Made by a program: the position numbers and the translations under genes
Notes under the pieces: model-generated
The model's input: the letters and a program-made list of their open reading frames with translations, nothing else
Database searches by the model: none
Told to the model about the DNA's origin: nothing
Shown here: piece by piece, positions 49,720-59,249 of the stretch
Layout: every line of letters starts with the position of its first letter
Numbering within the stretch: position 1 is the first letter of the stretch
DNA from: Alphaproteobacteria bacterium
GTDB taxonomy: Bacteria > Pseudomonadota > Alphaproteobacteria > GCA-2731375
Length of the DNA stretch: 64,000 nucleotides
Direction: 5' to 3'
Assembly: GCA_965232515.1 (NCBI GenBank)
Contig: CBDDPY010000002.1
Location: 768,001-832,000, forward strand

Positions 49720-51438
49720 CTAGACGGCAGGACGTGCGCCGCGCAACAGAACGCCCGGCAGCTCGCCGGTGGCCGCGCCGTCGCGCATGACCTCGATGCC
49801 GGAGACGAAGGTATGCCGGTAGCCCTCGGCCTTCTGGATAATGCGGCGGCCGCCCGCCGGCAGGTCGTAAACGAGCTCCGGCGGCAGCAGACGCAGGCTG
49901 TCGAAATCGATCACGTTCACGTCGGCCTTGTAGCCAGGCGCGATGACGCCACGGTCCGACAGGCTGTAGCAGCGGGCCGTATCGAGCGTCTGCTTGCGCA
50001 CCAGGAACTCGAGGGGCAGGTGACCGCCGCGCTTGCGGTCGCGCCCCCAATGCGTCAGCAGCGAGGTCGGCGAGCTGGCATCGCAGATGATACCGACATG
50101 CGCGCCGGCGTCGGCGACGCCGCAGACGGTGTCCGGGTTCTCCAGCATCTCGCGCACGACCTCGAGATTGCCTGCGCAGTAGTTCTCGAACGGATGCAGC
50201 AGCAGCGCGCGGCCCTCGTTCTTCAACATCAACTCGAGCGCCAGGTCGAACGGATCGCGGCCGGCTTCAGCGGCGCGCGCGGCGATGCTGGTCGACGGGT
50301 CCGGCTCGTAATCGACGGGGTCGCCCAGCTCGAATGTCCGGGCCAGCGCCTTCGCCATCCAGGCGCCGTGGCCGTCGTCCGGCCGTTCCGCGACCAGCCG
50401 TCGCCGCAACTCGGCGTCGGACGTCAGGCGGGCGACACGCTCGGCCGGCGGCAGCTTTTCCAGCTCGGCCCAGAGCGGGTGGTTGGTGAAGGGATGGATC
50501 GTGACTTCGAGGCCCATCAGCATGCCGATCGGCCGGCTGCCGACTTGCGCCGTGAAGCGACCGCCGTCGCCGTTCAGCTCGCGGTTGGCGGCATTCACAC
50601 CGTCCAGCGTCTCGCGCCACAGGTCCGGCGCGTTGTCGACCTGGACCAGCAGCACCGACAGCGGCCGGCCGGCGATCTCGGCCGCGGCGCGCAGGCGGGC
50701 GAAATCGCCGTCGCCGAAGTCGGAATTGACCTCGATGACGCCCTTGCCGGCGCGCTTCATGGCCAGAGCCAAGCTCTGCAGCTCGCGCTCGGACGCCGAC
50801 AGGCCCGGCGTGTAGCGACCGTCGGCGGCGCGGTGCTTGGTGGTGCGCGCGGTGGTGAAGCCGAGCGCGCCGGCATGCAGCGCTTCCTCGAGCAGGCGGC
50901 CCATCTCGGTCAGCTCGTCGTCGGTCGGCGCTTCGCTGTGATCGGCGCCGCGCTCGCCCATGACATAGAACCTGAGCGGCCCGTGCGGCACCTGGGCGCC
51001 GATATCCATGATGCGCGGCGTCGCGGCCAGCACATCGAGATATTCGGAAAAACTCTCCCAGCGGAAATCGATGCCCTCGGCCAGCACGGTCTCGGGAATG
51101 TCCTCGACGCCCTCCATGAGGTTGATCAGATAGCGCTCGCTGCCGGGCCGTACCGGCGCGAAGCCGACGCTGCAATTGCCGAACACGGCGGTGGTGACGC
51201 CATGCCAAGACGAGGGCGTGAGATAGGGGTCCCAGGTCGCCTGGCCGTCGTAATGGGTGTGAATGTCGACCCAGCCCGGCGTCACCAGCAGGCCGTTGGC
51301 GTCCATTTCGCGCCGGCCCGCGCCGACATCCGTATCCACGGCCGAGATTACGCCGTCATCGATGGCCACATCGGCCGTGCGCCGGTCCGCGCCCGTGCCG
51401 TCGACGACCGTGCCGCCGCGGATTACCAGATCATGCAA
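49720..51438 (-). CDS. N-acyl-D-amino-acid deacylase family amidohydrolase
   Basis: GGTVVDGTG, PGWVDIHTHYD, GNCSVGFAP, DAGAH, YDLPAGGRR. Confidence 0.92.
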   Translation of the reverse strand: MHDLVIRGGTVVDGTGADRRTADVAIDDGVISAVDTDVGAGRREMDANGLLVTPGWVDIHTHYDGQATWDPYLTPSSWHGVTTAVFGNCSVGFAPVRPGSERYLINLMEGVEDIPETVLAEGIDFRWESFSEYLDVLAATPRIMDIGAQVPHGPLRFYVMGERGADHSEAPTDDELTEMGRLLEEALHAGALGFTTARTTKHRAADGRYTPGLSASERELQSLALAMKRAGKGVIEVNSDFGDGDFARLRAAAEIAGRPLSVLLVQVDNAPDLWRETLDGVNAANRELNGDGGRFTAQVGSRPIGMLMGLEVTIHPFTNHPLWAELEKLPPAERVARLTSDAELRRRLVAERPDDGHGAWMAKALARTFELGDPVDYEPDPSTSIAARAAEAGRDPFDLALELMLKNEGRALLLHPFENYCAGNLEVVREMLENPDTVCGVADAGAHVGIICDASSPTSLLTHWGRDRKRGGHLPLEFLVRKQTLDTARCYSLSDRGVIAPGYKADVNVIDFDSLRLLPPELVYDLPAGGRRIIQKAEGYRHTFVSGIEVMRDGAATGELPGVLLRGARPAV

Positions 51439-51556
51439 TGGTCTTCCTCCCGTCGCCCGGCGGCAGTTTAACGAATGTTTGTTCGCCTGCCGAGATGCGT
51501 TGGCCGGGATTTGCCCGGCCGACTAGAATATCGGACGGGTCTCAGGGGAGGGATGC

Positions 51557-52402
51557 ATGAAACTGGGCGTGTTCAGCTTCAATACGGATTACGGCATCCG
51601 GGCCGACGACATGGCGCGGGCCTGCGAGGAGCGCGGCTTCGAGTCGCTGTGGGTCGGCGAGCACACGCATATCCCGGCGAGCCGCCTCAGCCCCTATCCC
51701 GGCGGCGGCGACCTGCCGAAGCCCTATTACCACATGGCCGATCCCTTCGTGTCGCTGACCGCCGCGGCGGCCGTCACCAAGGATCTTAAGGTCGGCACCG
51801 GCATCTGCCTGGTGGTCGAGCGCGATCCGATCACGCTTGCCAAAGAGATCGCCACGCTGGACATGCTGTCGAACGGCCGCTTCCTGTTCGGCATCGGCGG
51901 CGGCTGGAACGCCGAGGAGATGGAAAACCACGGCACGCCGTTCAAGCAGCGCTGGAAGGTGCTGCGCGAGCGGGTCGAGGCAATGAAAGCGATCTGGACC
52001 CAGGAACAGGCATCGTATGCCGGCGAGTTCGTCAATTTCGAAGAGATCATTTCCAACCCGAAGCCGGTGCAGAAGCCGCACCCGCCGATCATTCTCGGCA
52101 GCGCCACGGGCCAGGGCCGGCAGCGGGTGGTCGATTATTGCGACGGCTGGTTTCCGATCGACCTGCTGTTAGACGACCTGCCGGTGGCGATCGCGGACCT
52201 GCGGGTCCGGGCGGAGACGGCGGGGCGCGATCCGGAGTCGATCCCGATCACCATGTTCGCCTTTCCGGGCGCCGGCGAGGACGTGCTGAAGCGCTATCGC
52301 GAGATTGGCGTCGACCGGGTGGTGATGGTGGCGCCGCGTTACGACGGCGACGCGCTCGCATTCCTAGATCGTTTCGCGCCCATGAACGCGGAACTGGCCT
52401 GA
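51557..52402 (+). CDS. LLM-class oxidoreductase of the putative F420-dependent (Rv2161c-like) type
   Basis: ERGFESLWVGEHTHIP, LAKEIATLD.LS.GR, GWNAEEM, PKPVQKPHPPI. Confidence 0.85.
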   Translation: MKLGVFSFNTDYGIRADDMARACEERGFESLWVGEHTHIPASRLSPYPGGGDLPKPYYHMADPFVSLTAAAAVTKDLKVGTGICLVVERDPITLAKEIATLDMLSNGRFLFGIGGGWNAEEMENHGTPFKQRWKVLRERVEAMKAIWTQEQASYAGEFVNFEEIISNPKPVQKPHPPIILGSATGQGRQRVVDYCDGWFPIDLLLDDLPVAIADLRVRAETAGRDPESIPITMFAFPGAGEDVLKRYREIGVDRVVMVAPRYDGDALAFLDRFAPMNAELA

Positions 52403-52486
52403 ATTGTCGCGCGACAATGTTTCCGTTGAGAGCGGCGGCGTTCGCGGCCATGGTCGCGCTTTGACGTCATTCCGAGGATCAAGTCG

Positions 52487-53629
52487 ATGAGCAAGGACGG
52501 CGATTGGGCGCCGGCGACGCGGGCGGCGCAGGCGCTGGGCTGGGTGGACGCGCGGACCAAGGCGGTGACGCCGCCGATTCATCCGTCGACCACCTTCGTG
52601 CGCGACCCCGATAACGAGTACCGCGCCGGCTACAGCTACGCCCGCGACGAAAACCCGAGCTACGACCAGGCCGAGGCCTTGCTGACGAGCCTGGAGGGCG
52701 GGGCCGGCGCGATGCTGTTTGCCTCGGGCATGGCGGCGGCGACGTCGGTGTTTCTGGCGCTGAAGCCCGGGGACCACGTGATCGCGCCCGAAATAATGTA
52801 CTGGGGCCTACGCAAATGGCTGGTGCAGACCGGCCGCCACTGGGGGCTGGACGTCGATTTCGTGCCGCCGGGCGACCTCGACGCGATCCGCGCCGCCGTC
52901 CGGCCGGGCGCGACCCGCCTGGTCTGGATCGAAACGCCGGCGAACCCGACCTGGACGGTGACCGATATCGCGGCGGCTGCGGCGATCGCGCACGAAGCCG
53001 GCGCCCTGCTGGGTGTCGACAGCACGGTAGCGACGCCGGTGCTGACGCGGCCCATCGCGCTGGGCGCCGATATCGTCATGCATTCGGCGACCAAGTATCT
53101 GAACGGGCACAGCGACGTCATCGGCGGCGCCCTAGTGACCGCGCGAACCGACGAGATGTGGGAGCGCATCCATACCCAGCGCCATGACGGCGGCGCCGTG
53201 CTGGGGCCGTTCGAGGCCTGGCTGCTGCTGCGGGGCATGCGCACGCTTTATGTCCGGGTCGCCGCAAGCTGCGCCGGGGCGCAGCGCATCGCCGAACACT
53301 TTGTTAACCATGACAAGATCGCGCACGTGCTCTATCCCGGGCTGCCGAACCATCCGGGCCATGACATCGCCGGCCGGCAGATGCAGGGCGGGTTCGGCGG
53401 CATGCTGTCGCTGCGGGTGGCGGGCGGCGGGGACGCGGCAATCGCGGCCGCGGCCAAGGTCGGGATCTGGAAGCGGGCGACGTCGCTCGGCGGCGTCGAA
53501 AGCCTGATCGAGCACCGCGCCTCGATCGAGGGCGCCGACACGCTGGTGCCGGACGACCTGCTGCGGCTGTCGGTGGGCATCGAGGATCCGGCCGATCTGA
53601 TCGCCGACCTGGAGCAGGCCTTGCGCTGA
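52487..53629 (+). CDS. Cystathionine gamma-synthase/lyase family PLP enzyme
   Basis: YARDENP, FASGMAA, ETPANP, HSATKYLNGHSD, SLGGVESL, LRLSVGIE. Confidence 0.93.
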   Translation: MSKDGDWAPATRAAQALGWVDARTKAVTPPIHPSTTFVRDPDNEYRAGYSYARDENPSYDQAEALLTSLEGGAGAMLFASGMAAATSVFLALKPGDHVIAPEIMYWGLRKWLVQTGRHWGLDVDFVPPGDLDAIRAAVRPGATRLVWIETPANPTWTVTDIAAAAAIAHEAGALLGVDSTVATPVLTRPIALGADIVMHSATKYLNGHSDVIGGALVTARTDEMWERIHTQRHDGGAVLGPFEAWLLLRGMRTLYVRVAASCAGAQRIAEHFVNHDKIAHVLYPGLPNHPGHDIAGRQMQGGFGGMLSLRVAGGGDAAIAAAAKVGIWKRATSLGGVESLIEHRASIEGADTLVPDDLLRLSVGIEDPADLIADLEQALR

Positions 53630-53693
53630 ATTCCGGGCCGCCGCGCGGCCGTCACAAAACTTTCGCCGGCTTGGCCTAGCGTTCGGCGCATCG

Positions 53694-54602
53694 TTGAACG
53701 ATTCGACCGAGCCTCAGGTGGGCGTGAAGACAGCCTTGCGGCCGCTGCGCCGCAAATACGCGGACCGGCGGCGCGCCAGACGCGACACGCCACGGGTGTC
53801 ATACGCCAATCCGGACGACCCGGCGCTGCGGCGGCTGCTGATCCACGCCATCGAGCAGGTGACCGGCCAGCCCCGGCTGACGCGGCTTTATCGCGAATAT
53901 CGGCGGGAAGGGGAGTCCGCCGACGACTTCTGGCGGGCCGCTGTCGGCAAGCTGCGCCTGAACGTGCTGTATGACGCCGAGCGGCTGGCGGCCATACCGC
54001 GGCAGGGCCCGTTGGTCATCATCGCCAACCACCCCTATGGCGTGCTGGACGGCATCGTCATCGGCTACCTGACCTCGCTGGTCCGGCCGCAGTTCAAGTT
54101 GCTGGCGCATAGCGTCCTCTACCGGGCGCCGGAACTGCAGTCCTTCGTGCTGCCCATCGACTTCACCGGCGGCAAGGCAGCGGTCCGGACCAATATCGAC
54201 TCGCGCCGTCAAGCGTCCGACGAATTGGCCAAGGGCGGCGCCGTGGTAATCTTTCCGGCGGGCGGCGTTTCGACCTCGAAGACGCTGTTCGGCCCGGCGG
54301 TCGATCTGGAATGGAAACCGTTCGCGGCGAAGCTGATTACCCAATCGCAGGCGACCGTGGTCCCGATGTTCTTCGAGGGCCAGAACAGCCGGTTGTTCCA
54401 GGTTGCGAGCCACATCAGCGGCGCCCTGCGCGAGGGTCTGCTGATCAAGGAGATCGCCAGCCGCATCGGCGCCGACGTGCAACTGTGGATCGGCGCGCCG
54501 ATCCCCTACGATGCTATCGCACATCTGCGAGATCGCCAGCCGCTGGTCGACCATCTCCGAGCGACGACGATGAGCCTGAGCCGCCGAACGGGCTATCCGT
54601 AA
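53694..54602 (+). CDS. Lysophospholipid acyltransferase family protein
   Basis: IANHPYGVLDG (HX4D), IFPAGGVS, VVPMFFEGQNS; start uncertain. Confidence 0.88.
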   Translation: MNDSTEPQVGVKTALRPLRRKYADRRRARRDTPRVSYANPDDPALRRLLIHAIEQVTGQPRLTRLYREYRREGESADDFWRAAVGKLRLNVLYDAERLAAIPRQGPLVIIANHPYGVLDGIVIGYLTSLVRPQFKLLAHSVLYRAPELQSFVLPIDFTGGKAAVRTNIDSRRQASDELAKGGAVVIFPAGGVSTSKTLFGPAVDLEWKPFAAKLITQSQATVVPMFFEGQNSRLFQVASHISGALREGLLIKEIASRIGADVQLWIGAPIPYDAIAHLRDRQPLVDHLRATTMSLSRRTGYP

Positions 54603-54674
54603 GCGCTGTAGTGCGGGCAGGGGCGAGGCGATATGCTGCCGCGCCAGGGGGTTGCCGCGTAGCTGGGGAGCGCG

Positions 54675-55301
54675 ATGATCGATCTCTATACCTGGACGAC
54701 GCCGAATGGCCGTAAGGCATCCATCATGCTGGAAGAGGTTGGGCTGCCCTACGAAGTGCATGCCGTAAACCTCGGCGAACGCGAGCAATTCTCACCCGAG
54801 TTCATCAAGGTCAGCCCGAACAGCAAGATCCCGGCGATCGTCGACCGGGATGGCGAGGGCGGGCCGGTGTCGGTATTCGAGTCCGGCGCGATCCTGATTT
54901 ACCTCGCCGAAAAGACCGACATGCTGTTGCCGCGCGAGGCGGCGCAACGGGCCGATGTGATGCAATGGTTGATGTGGCAGATGGGCGGCATCGGGCCGAT
55001 GTTCGGCCAGGCCTTTCACTTCATCACCAGCGCGCCCGACAACGACTATGGCGTCAAACGCTATGTCGACGAGTCGTTGCGGCTGCTCGGCGTGCTGAAC
55101 GGCAACCTGGCCGAACGGGCCTATATTGCCGGCGATTATTCCATCGCCGACGTCGCCAGCTATGCCTGGATAAGGGCCAGCCTGCCCTTCCTGACCGAAC
55201 GCTGGCCGGAACGCACGGCCGGGCTTGAACATGTCAGGCGCTGGCTCGATGATGTCGGCGCGCGGCCGGCCGTGCAACGCGGCATGCAGATACCCGCCTG
55301 A
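54675..55301 (+). CDS. Nu-class glutathione S-transferase
   Basis: YTWTTPNGRK, PNSKIPA, FESGAIL, WQMGGIGPM. Confidence 0.93.
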   Translation: MIDLYTWTTPNGRKASIMLEEVGLPYEVHAVNLGEREQFSPEFIKVSPNSKIPAIVDRDGEGGPVSVFESGAILIYLAEKTDMLLPREAAQRADVMQWLMWQMGGIGPMFGQAFHFITSAPDNDYGVKRYVDESLRLLGVLNGNLAERAYIAGDYSIADVASYAWIRASLPFLTERWPERTAGLEHVRRWLDDVGARPAVQRGMQIPA

Positions 55302-55340
55302 CGGCCAGATCGGTAAACAACACCAAGAAGGGGACGACGA

Positions 55341-55961
55341 ATGATCGAATGCTACACCTGGAAGACGTCGAATGGCCGCAAGGCGACGATCATGCTGGAG
55401 GAGTGCGGGCTCGCGTACAATCTGCACCCCATCGACATCTCCAAGGACGATCAATTCACGCCCGAATTTATCGCCATCAACCCGAACAGCAAGATCCCGG
55501 CGATCATCGACACCGACGGCCCGAACGGCGAGCCCTATACGGTGATCGAGTCCGGCGCGATCCTGATGTATCTCGCCGAGAAGACCGGCAAGTTCATGCC
55601 GCAGGACATGGCCAGGCGCTACGAGGTGATCCAGTGGCTGATGTTCCAGATGGGCGGGATCGGTCCGATCTTCGGCCAGGTGCACCATTTCCTGCGCGCC
55701 GCCAAGGAAGAGGTGCCGTATGGCATCAAGCGCTACGGCACGGAATGCCGGCGGCTCTATGGCGTTCTGAACAGCCGCCTCGAGGGCCGGGAGTATCTGG
55801 CCAACGACGAGGTCTCAATCGCCGATTTCGCGACGCTGCCCTGGGTCTTCCGGCACGACTGGCAGAAGGTCGACCTGAACGAATATCCCAACGTCAAACG
55901 CTGGTACGACAACCTGATGGCCCGGCCGGCGCTGGCCCGCGGTATGGAGCTGCCGGCCTGA
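55341..55961 (+). CDS. Nu-class glutathione S-transferase
   Basis: YTWKTSNGRK, NPNSKIPA, ESGAIL, FQMGGIGP. Confidence 0.93.
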   Translation: MIECYTWKTSNGRKATIMLEECGLAYNLHPIDISKDDQFTPEFIAINPNSKIPAIIDTDGPNGEPYTVIESGAILMYLAEKTGKFMPQDMARRYEVIQWLMFQMGGIGPIFGQVHHFLRAAKEEVPYGIKRYGTECRRLYGVLNSRLEGREYLANDEVSIADFATLPWVFRHDWQKVDLNEYPNVKRWYDNLMARPALARGMELPA

Positions 55962-56449
55962 TGGCCGATCCGCGGGACAACAAATCCGTCCAGCGGGTCC
56001 AGGCCGCGCTGACGGCGGCGGGATCGGCGGCCGAGATCATCGCGCTCGCCGACACCGCCCGTTCGGCCGAGGACGCGGCGGCGAGCGTCGGCTGCGATCT
56101 GGGCGCGATCGTCAAGTCGCTGGTCTTCCGGGTCGGCGAGACGCCGGTGATGGCGCTGGTCGCCGGCGACCGGCAGTGCGACCTGAAGGCGCTGCCGGCG
56201 GCGCTTGGGCTCGAGGGCAAGGCCAAGCGGGCCGATCCTGACATGGTGCGGACAGCAACCGGCTTCGCCATCGGCGGCGTCGCCCCGATCGGACATCCCA
56301 CGTCGGTACCGGTTGCTGTCGATGCCAGCCTCGGTCGCTTTGAGACGATCTACGCGGCCGCCGGCCACCCATACTGTGTGTTCAGAACCAGCCTTCACGA
56401 GCTCGTCCGGCTGACCAACGGCCGGTCGAGCGAAACGATCGCACACTAG
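55961..56449 (+). CDS. YbaK/EbsC family (aminoacyl-tRNA deacylase-like) protein
   Basis: IVKSLVF, TGFAIGGVAPIGH, YAAAG; TGATG overlap. Confidence 0.92.
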   Translation: MADPRDNKSVQRVQAALTAAGSAAEIIALADTARSAEDAAASVGCDLGAIVKSLVFRVGETPVMALVAGDRQCDLKALPAALGLEGKAKRADPDMVRTATGFAIGGVAPIGHPTSVPVAVDASLGRFETIYAAAGHPYCVFRTSLHELVRLTNGRSSETIAH

Positions 56450-56583
56450 ATCCAACTCGCTCTTTGCGGGCGCGGTAAAAATCGCTGTGGCAACGGCGTC
56501 CGATAAACCGGGCGTTAACTAGCCCTGCGGAAAACTCTCTCTTGTCGGAACCTAGAACGGGGCTTTGGTAAGGGAGAGGACCA

Positions 56584-56853
56584 ATGGCGCTTCTGGACGC
56601 GCACCGCATCAGCGACTACGAGAAAGCAGCCGACAAAGGGCTGCCGGACGCACAATTCAATCTTGGGCTGGCCTACTCGACCGGCAAGGGCGTGCCGCTG
56701 GATTACGTCGCGGCACACAAATGGCTGAACCTGGCCGCCGTCAAAGGCAGCGAGGAAGCCCGTCAGCTCCGCTGTGAGCTTGCCGCCTCGATGAGCACGC
56801 AGGAAATCGCCGAGGCCCAGCGCCTGGCGCGGGAGTGGATGTCGACCCACTGA
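56584..56853 (+). CDS. Small Sel1-repeat protein
   Basis: AQFNLGLAYSTGKGVPLDYVAAHKWLNLAA..IAEAQRLAREW; GAGAGGA SD. Confidence 0.9.
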   Translation: MALLDAHRISDYEKAADKGLPDAQFNLGLAYSTGKGVPLDYVAAHKWLNLAAVKGSEEARQLRCELAASMSTQEIAEAQRLAREWMSTH

Positions 56854-57003
56854 GCCGACGCCGCACAAATACCGGGATAATTTGACGCGTTAACGCGCGG
56901 CGACAGCGACGGTCGTCCGCGCGTGACGGACCGCGCCTTTTCTGGCGGCCCGGCCGTTCAATCGCCGAGCCACCGTCTGCGTGAAAGCCGGACCCGGAAC
57001 CGC

Positions 57004-57303
57004 TTATGCGGCCGGTTCAAGCGCGACTTTTGGGATGCTTTCCCAGGCTTCACCAGCCGCGACCAGGCAGGCAACGCCCTGCGGGTTGGTGATGATGATC
57101 GACCAGGTGCCCGACTTCGAGGTCAGGACTTCGATCATGTTGCCGTTGCTGACCAGGCCGAGAGCCTGACGGCTTTCCGAATGGCGGTCACCGAGAAGTT
57201 TGACCATGCTGTCGCGGTCGGTGCAGACACCCTGGGCCACGGCCGGCGTGGCGGGAACGAGTGCCATCAGGGCCACCGCCAGCAAGAATGCTTTGCGTTT
57301 CAT
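57004..57303 (-). CDS. Small secreted hypothetical protein (two Cys)
   Basis: Signal peptide MKRKAFLLAVALMALVPATPAVA; C.DR..GL..E..GTWSI..C..AAGEAW; AGGAGG SD. Confidence 0.82.
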   Translation of the reverse strand: MKRKAFLLAVALMALVPATPAVAQGVCTDRDSMVKLLGDRHSESRQALGLVSNGNMIEVLTSKSGTWSIIITNPQGVACLVAAGEAWESIPKVALEPAA

Positions 57304-57550
57304 TTGACCCTCCTTTCATGGACACGACAAGTAATTCCCTGCCGCTTTCCCGACGATAAGCCAGTCGCCTTAAGGAGTTATGAAAAATGGGGGCGGTTTT
57401 TCCTCATGAAAACGTGAGGTTATTAAATTGAACAATAACAATTGTGAGGTGAAAATTATGTCATGGTTAACAAAATATTCCGGTTCTGAAAGACAAACAG
57501 GCGTGATTTTCACGTGAAACCTTAGCTGTCGGTCAATCCTGCGTGCCGGC

Positions 57551-58441
57551 TTAAGGGTCCGATTCCATGAATTCCGCGATCGCCGCCGTGGTCTCGTCCG
57601 GCGCCTCCTCGGGCAGGAAATGGCCGGACAGGATCGGCCGGCCGTCGACATCGTCGGCCCAGGACGTCCAGATCTCGAGCGTCGACAGACGGCGGTCGTC
57701 CATGCGCTTCTGTCCCCATAGCGCCAGCATCGGGCAGGCGATGCGGCGGCCGGCCTCCCGGTCGGCTCGGTCGTAATCGAGATCGCAGGTCAGGCCGGCG
57801 CGGTAGTCCTCGCAAGTCGCCTCGATCACGGAAGGCTGGCGAAAGCAGCGTTTGTATTCGGCCACCGCCTCCGGCGCGAATTGGCTCGCCGGCGCCCTCC
57901 AGCTGTTCAACAGGGACTCCAGATAGAAGTCCGGGTCGTGCCCGATCATGGTTTCGGGCAACCCCCGCGGCTGGGCCAGAAAGAACCAGTGGTAGCTGTT
58001 GACCGCCAGCGGCAGCCGGGTGCGTTCGGCCATCTCCAGCGTCGGGATGATGTCGAGCGTGACCAGCCGGCGAACGGCGGCCGGGTGGTCGAGCGTCAGG
58101 CGATAGGCGACGCGGCCGCCGCGGTCGTGTCCGACCAGACCGAACGCGGCGAAACCGAGCTCTGCCATGACCTGGACCATGTCGGCCGCCATCGCGCGTT
58201 TGCCGTAGGCGGTGTGGTCGTCGCCGGGCGCCGGGCCGGTGCTGTCGCCATAGCCGCGCAGATCGGGCGCCACGACGGTGAACTGCTCGGCCAGCCTGGG
58301 CGCGACCAGATGCCAGCAGACATGGGTCTGCGGGTAGCCGTGCAGCAGCAGGAGCGGGGGGCCGTCGCCACCGATCAACAGGTTGATCTCGGCCCCGTCC
58401 GTGCCGATCCGCCGCCGCTGAAATCCCTCGAACATCGCCAT
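57551..58441 (-). CDS. Alpha/beta hydrolase, fluoroacetate/haloacetate dehalogenase-like
   Basis: LLHGYPQT, GHDRGGR, YHWFFL, CEDYRA, GHFLPEE; GGAGG SD. Confidence 0.88.
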   Translation of the reverse strand: MAMFEGFQRRRIGTDGAEINLLIGGDGPPLLLLHGYPQTHVCWHLVAPRLAEQFTVVAPDLRGYGDSTGPAPGDDHTAYGKRAMAADMVQVMAELGFAAFGLVGHDRGGRVAYRLTLDHPAAVRRLVTLDIIPTLEMAERTRLPLAVNSYHWFFLAQPRGLPETMIGHDPDFYLESLLNSWRAPASQFAPEAVAEYKRCFRQPSVIEATCEDYRAGLTCDLDYDRADREAGRRIACPMLALWGQKRMDDRRLSTLEIWTSWADDVDGRPILSGHFLPEEAPDETTAAIAEFMESDP

Positions 58442-58502
58442 GCCTCCGACCTGTGCGCCGACATGATAATCGAAGCCGGCGCCGGCCGGGATGGCGTGTC
58501 CG

Positions 58503-58598
58503 TCAGCCGGCCAGATAGAGGCCGATGCAGCAGGCCAGCAACACCGTGCCGGCGACGGCCCAGCTGCTGGCGATGGCTTTCCACCCGATTTGGCGCAT
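58503..58598 (-). CDS. 31-aa single-TM small protein
   Basis: MRQIGWKAIASSWAVAGTVLLACCIGLYLAG; AAAGGA SD 7 nt upstream. Confidence 0.55.
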   Translation of the reverse strand: MRQIGWKAIASSWAVAGTVLLACCIGLYLAG

Positions 58599-58865
58599 GG
58601 TGTGTGTCCTTTGCGGGCCGCGAACGAGCCTCGCGGCACAGGACCTCTTCGATCGAGCTTACGGTTGCGAACGGCGGCGCCCCAATCAAGCCGGATCAAA
58701 GCCGCGCGACGCATACTCGCGCTGGCGTGAAGTGGGGCCCAAGGCAAATCCCGCCAATTCGTGAACACGGCGTGTTTGGACCGATGGTTCGGCCGCCACC
58801 ATGTCCATGTCGTTAACCCAGCAGGCGCCGGTTCGGCGGCGCCGCCCGACGAGGAGGACCGATTC

Positions 58866-59243
58866 ATGATCGACAGCGCAAGGCACCTGGCGCCGGCCGT
58901 GATCGCTTTCACCCTGGCATTCGCCGCCATTGGCACCGCGAACGCCCGCATCGTCGACGCGCCGGCCCTGACTGTCGGATCTTCGCTGACGGATGGCTCG
59001 GCGAGCGGTCTGGACGTCCTGAATGTCGGATTTCACAAGAAGCGCTTCGGTCACAAGCGTTTCGGCCGGCATCATCACGGCAAGCGGTTCGGCTTCCGGA
59101 AGTTCGGACATCGCGGTTTCGGGCACCATGGCTTCAGATACAGGCATTTCGGCCCGCAACACGGGCATGGTTACGTGGCGAAAAACCCGTATTTCGGCAA
59201 AAAGGGTCTTTTCTTCAAAAAGCGCTTCGGCAAGCACCACTGA
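58866..59243 (+). CDS. Secreted protein with cationic His/Phe/Gly/Lys/Arg-rich C-terminus
   Basis: GAGGAGGA SD; signal peptide ending ANA; C-terminal 71 aa with no Asp/Glu and repeated KRFG. Confidence 0.8.
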   Translation: MIDSARHLAPAVIAFTLAFAAIGTANARIVDAPALTVGSSLTDGSASGLDVLNVGFHKKRFGHKRFGRHHHGKRFGFRKFGHRGFGHHGFRYRHFGPQHGHGYVAKNPYFGKKGLFFKKRFGKHH

Positions 59244-59249
59244 GATGGG

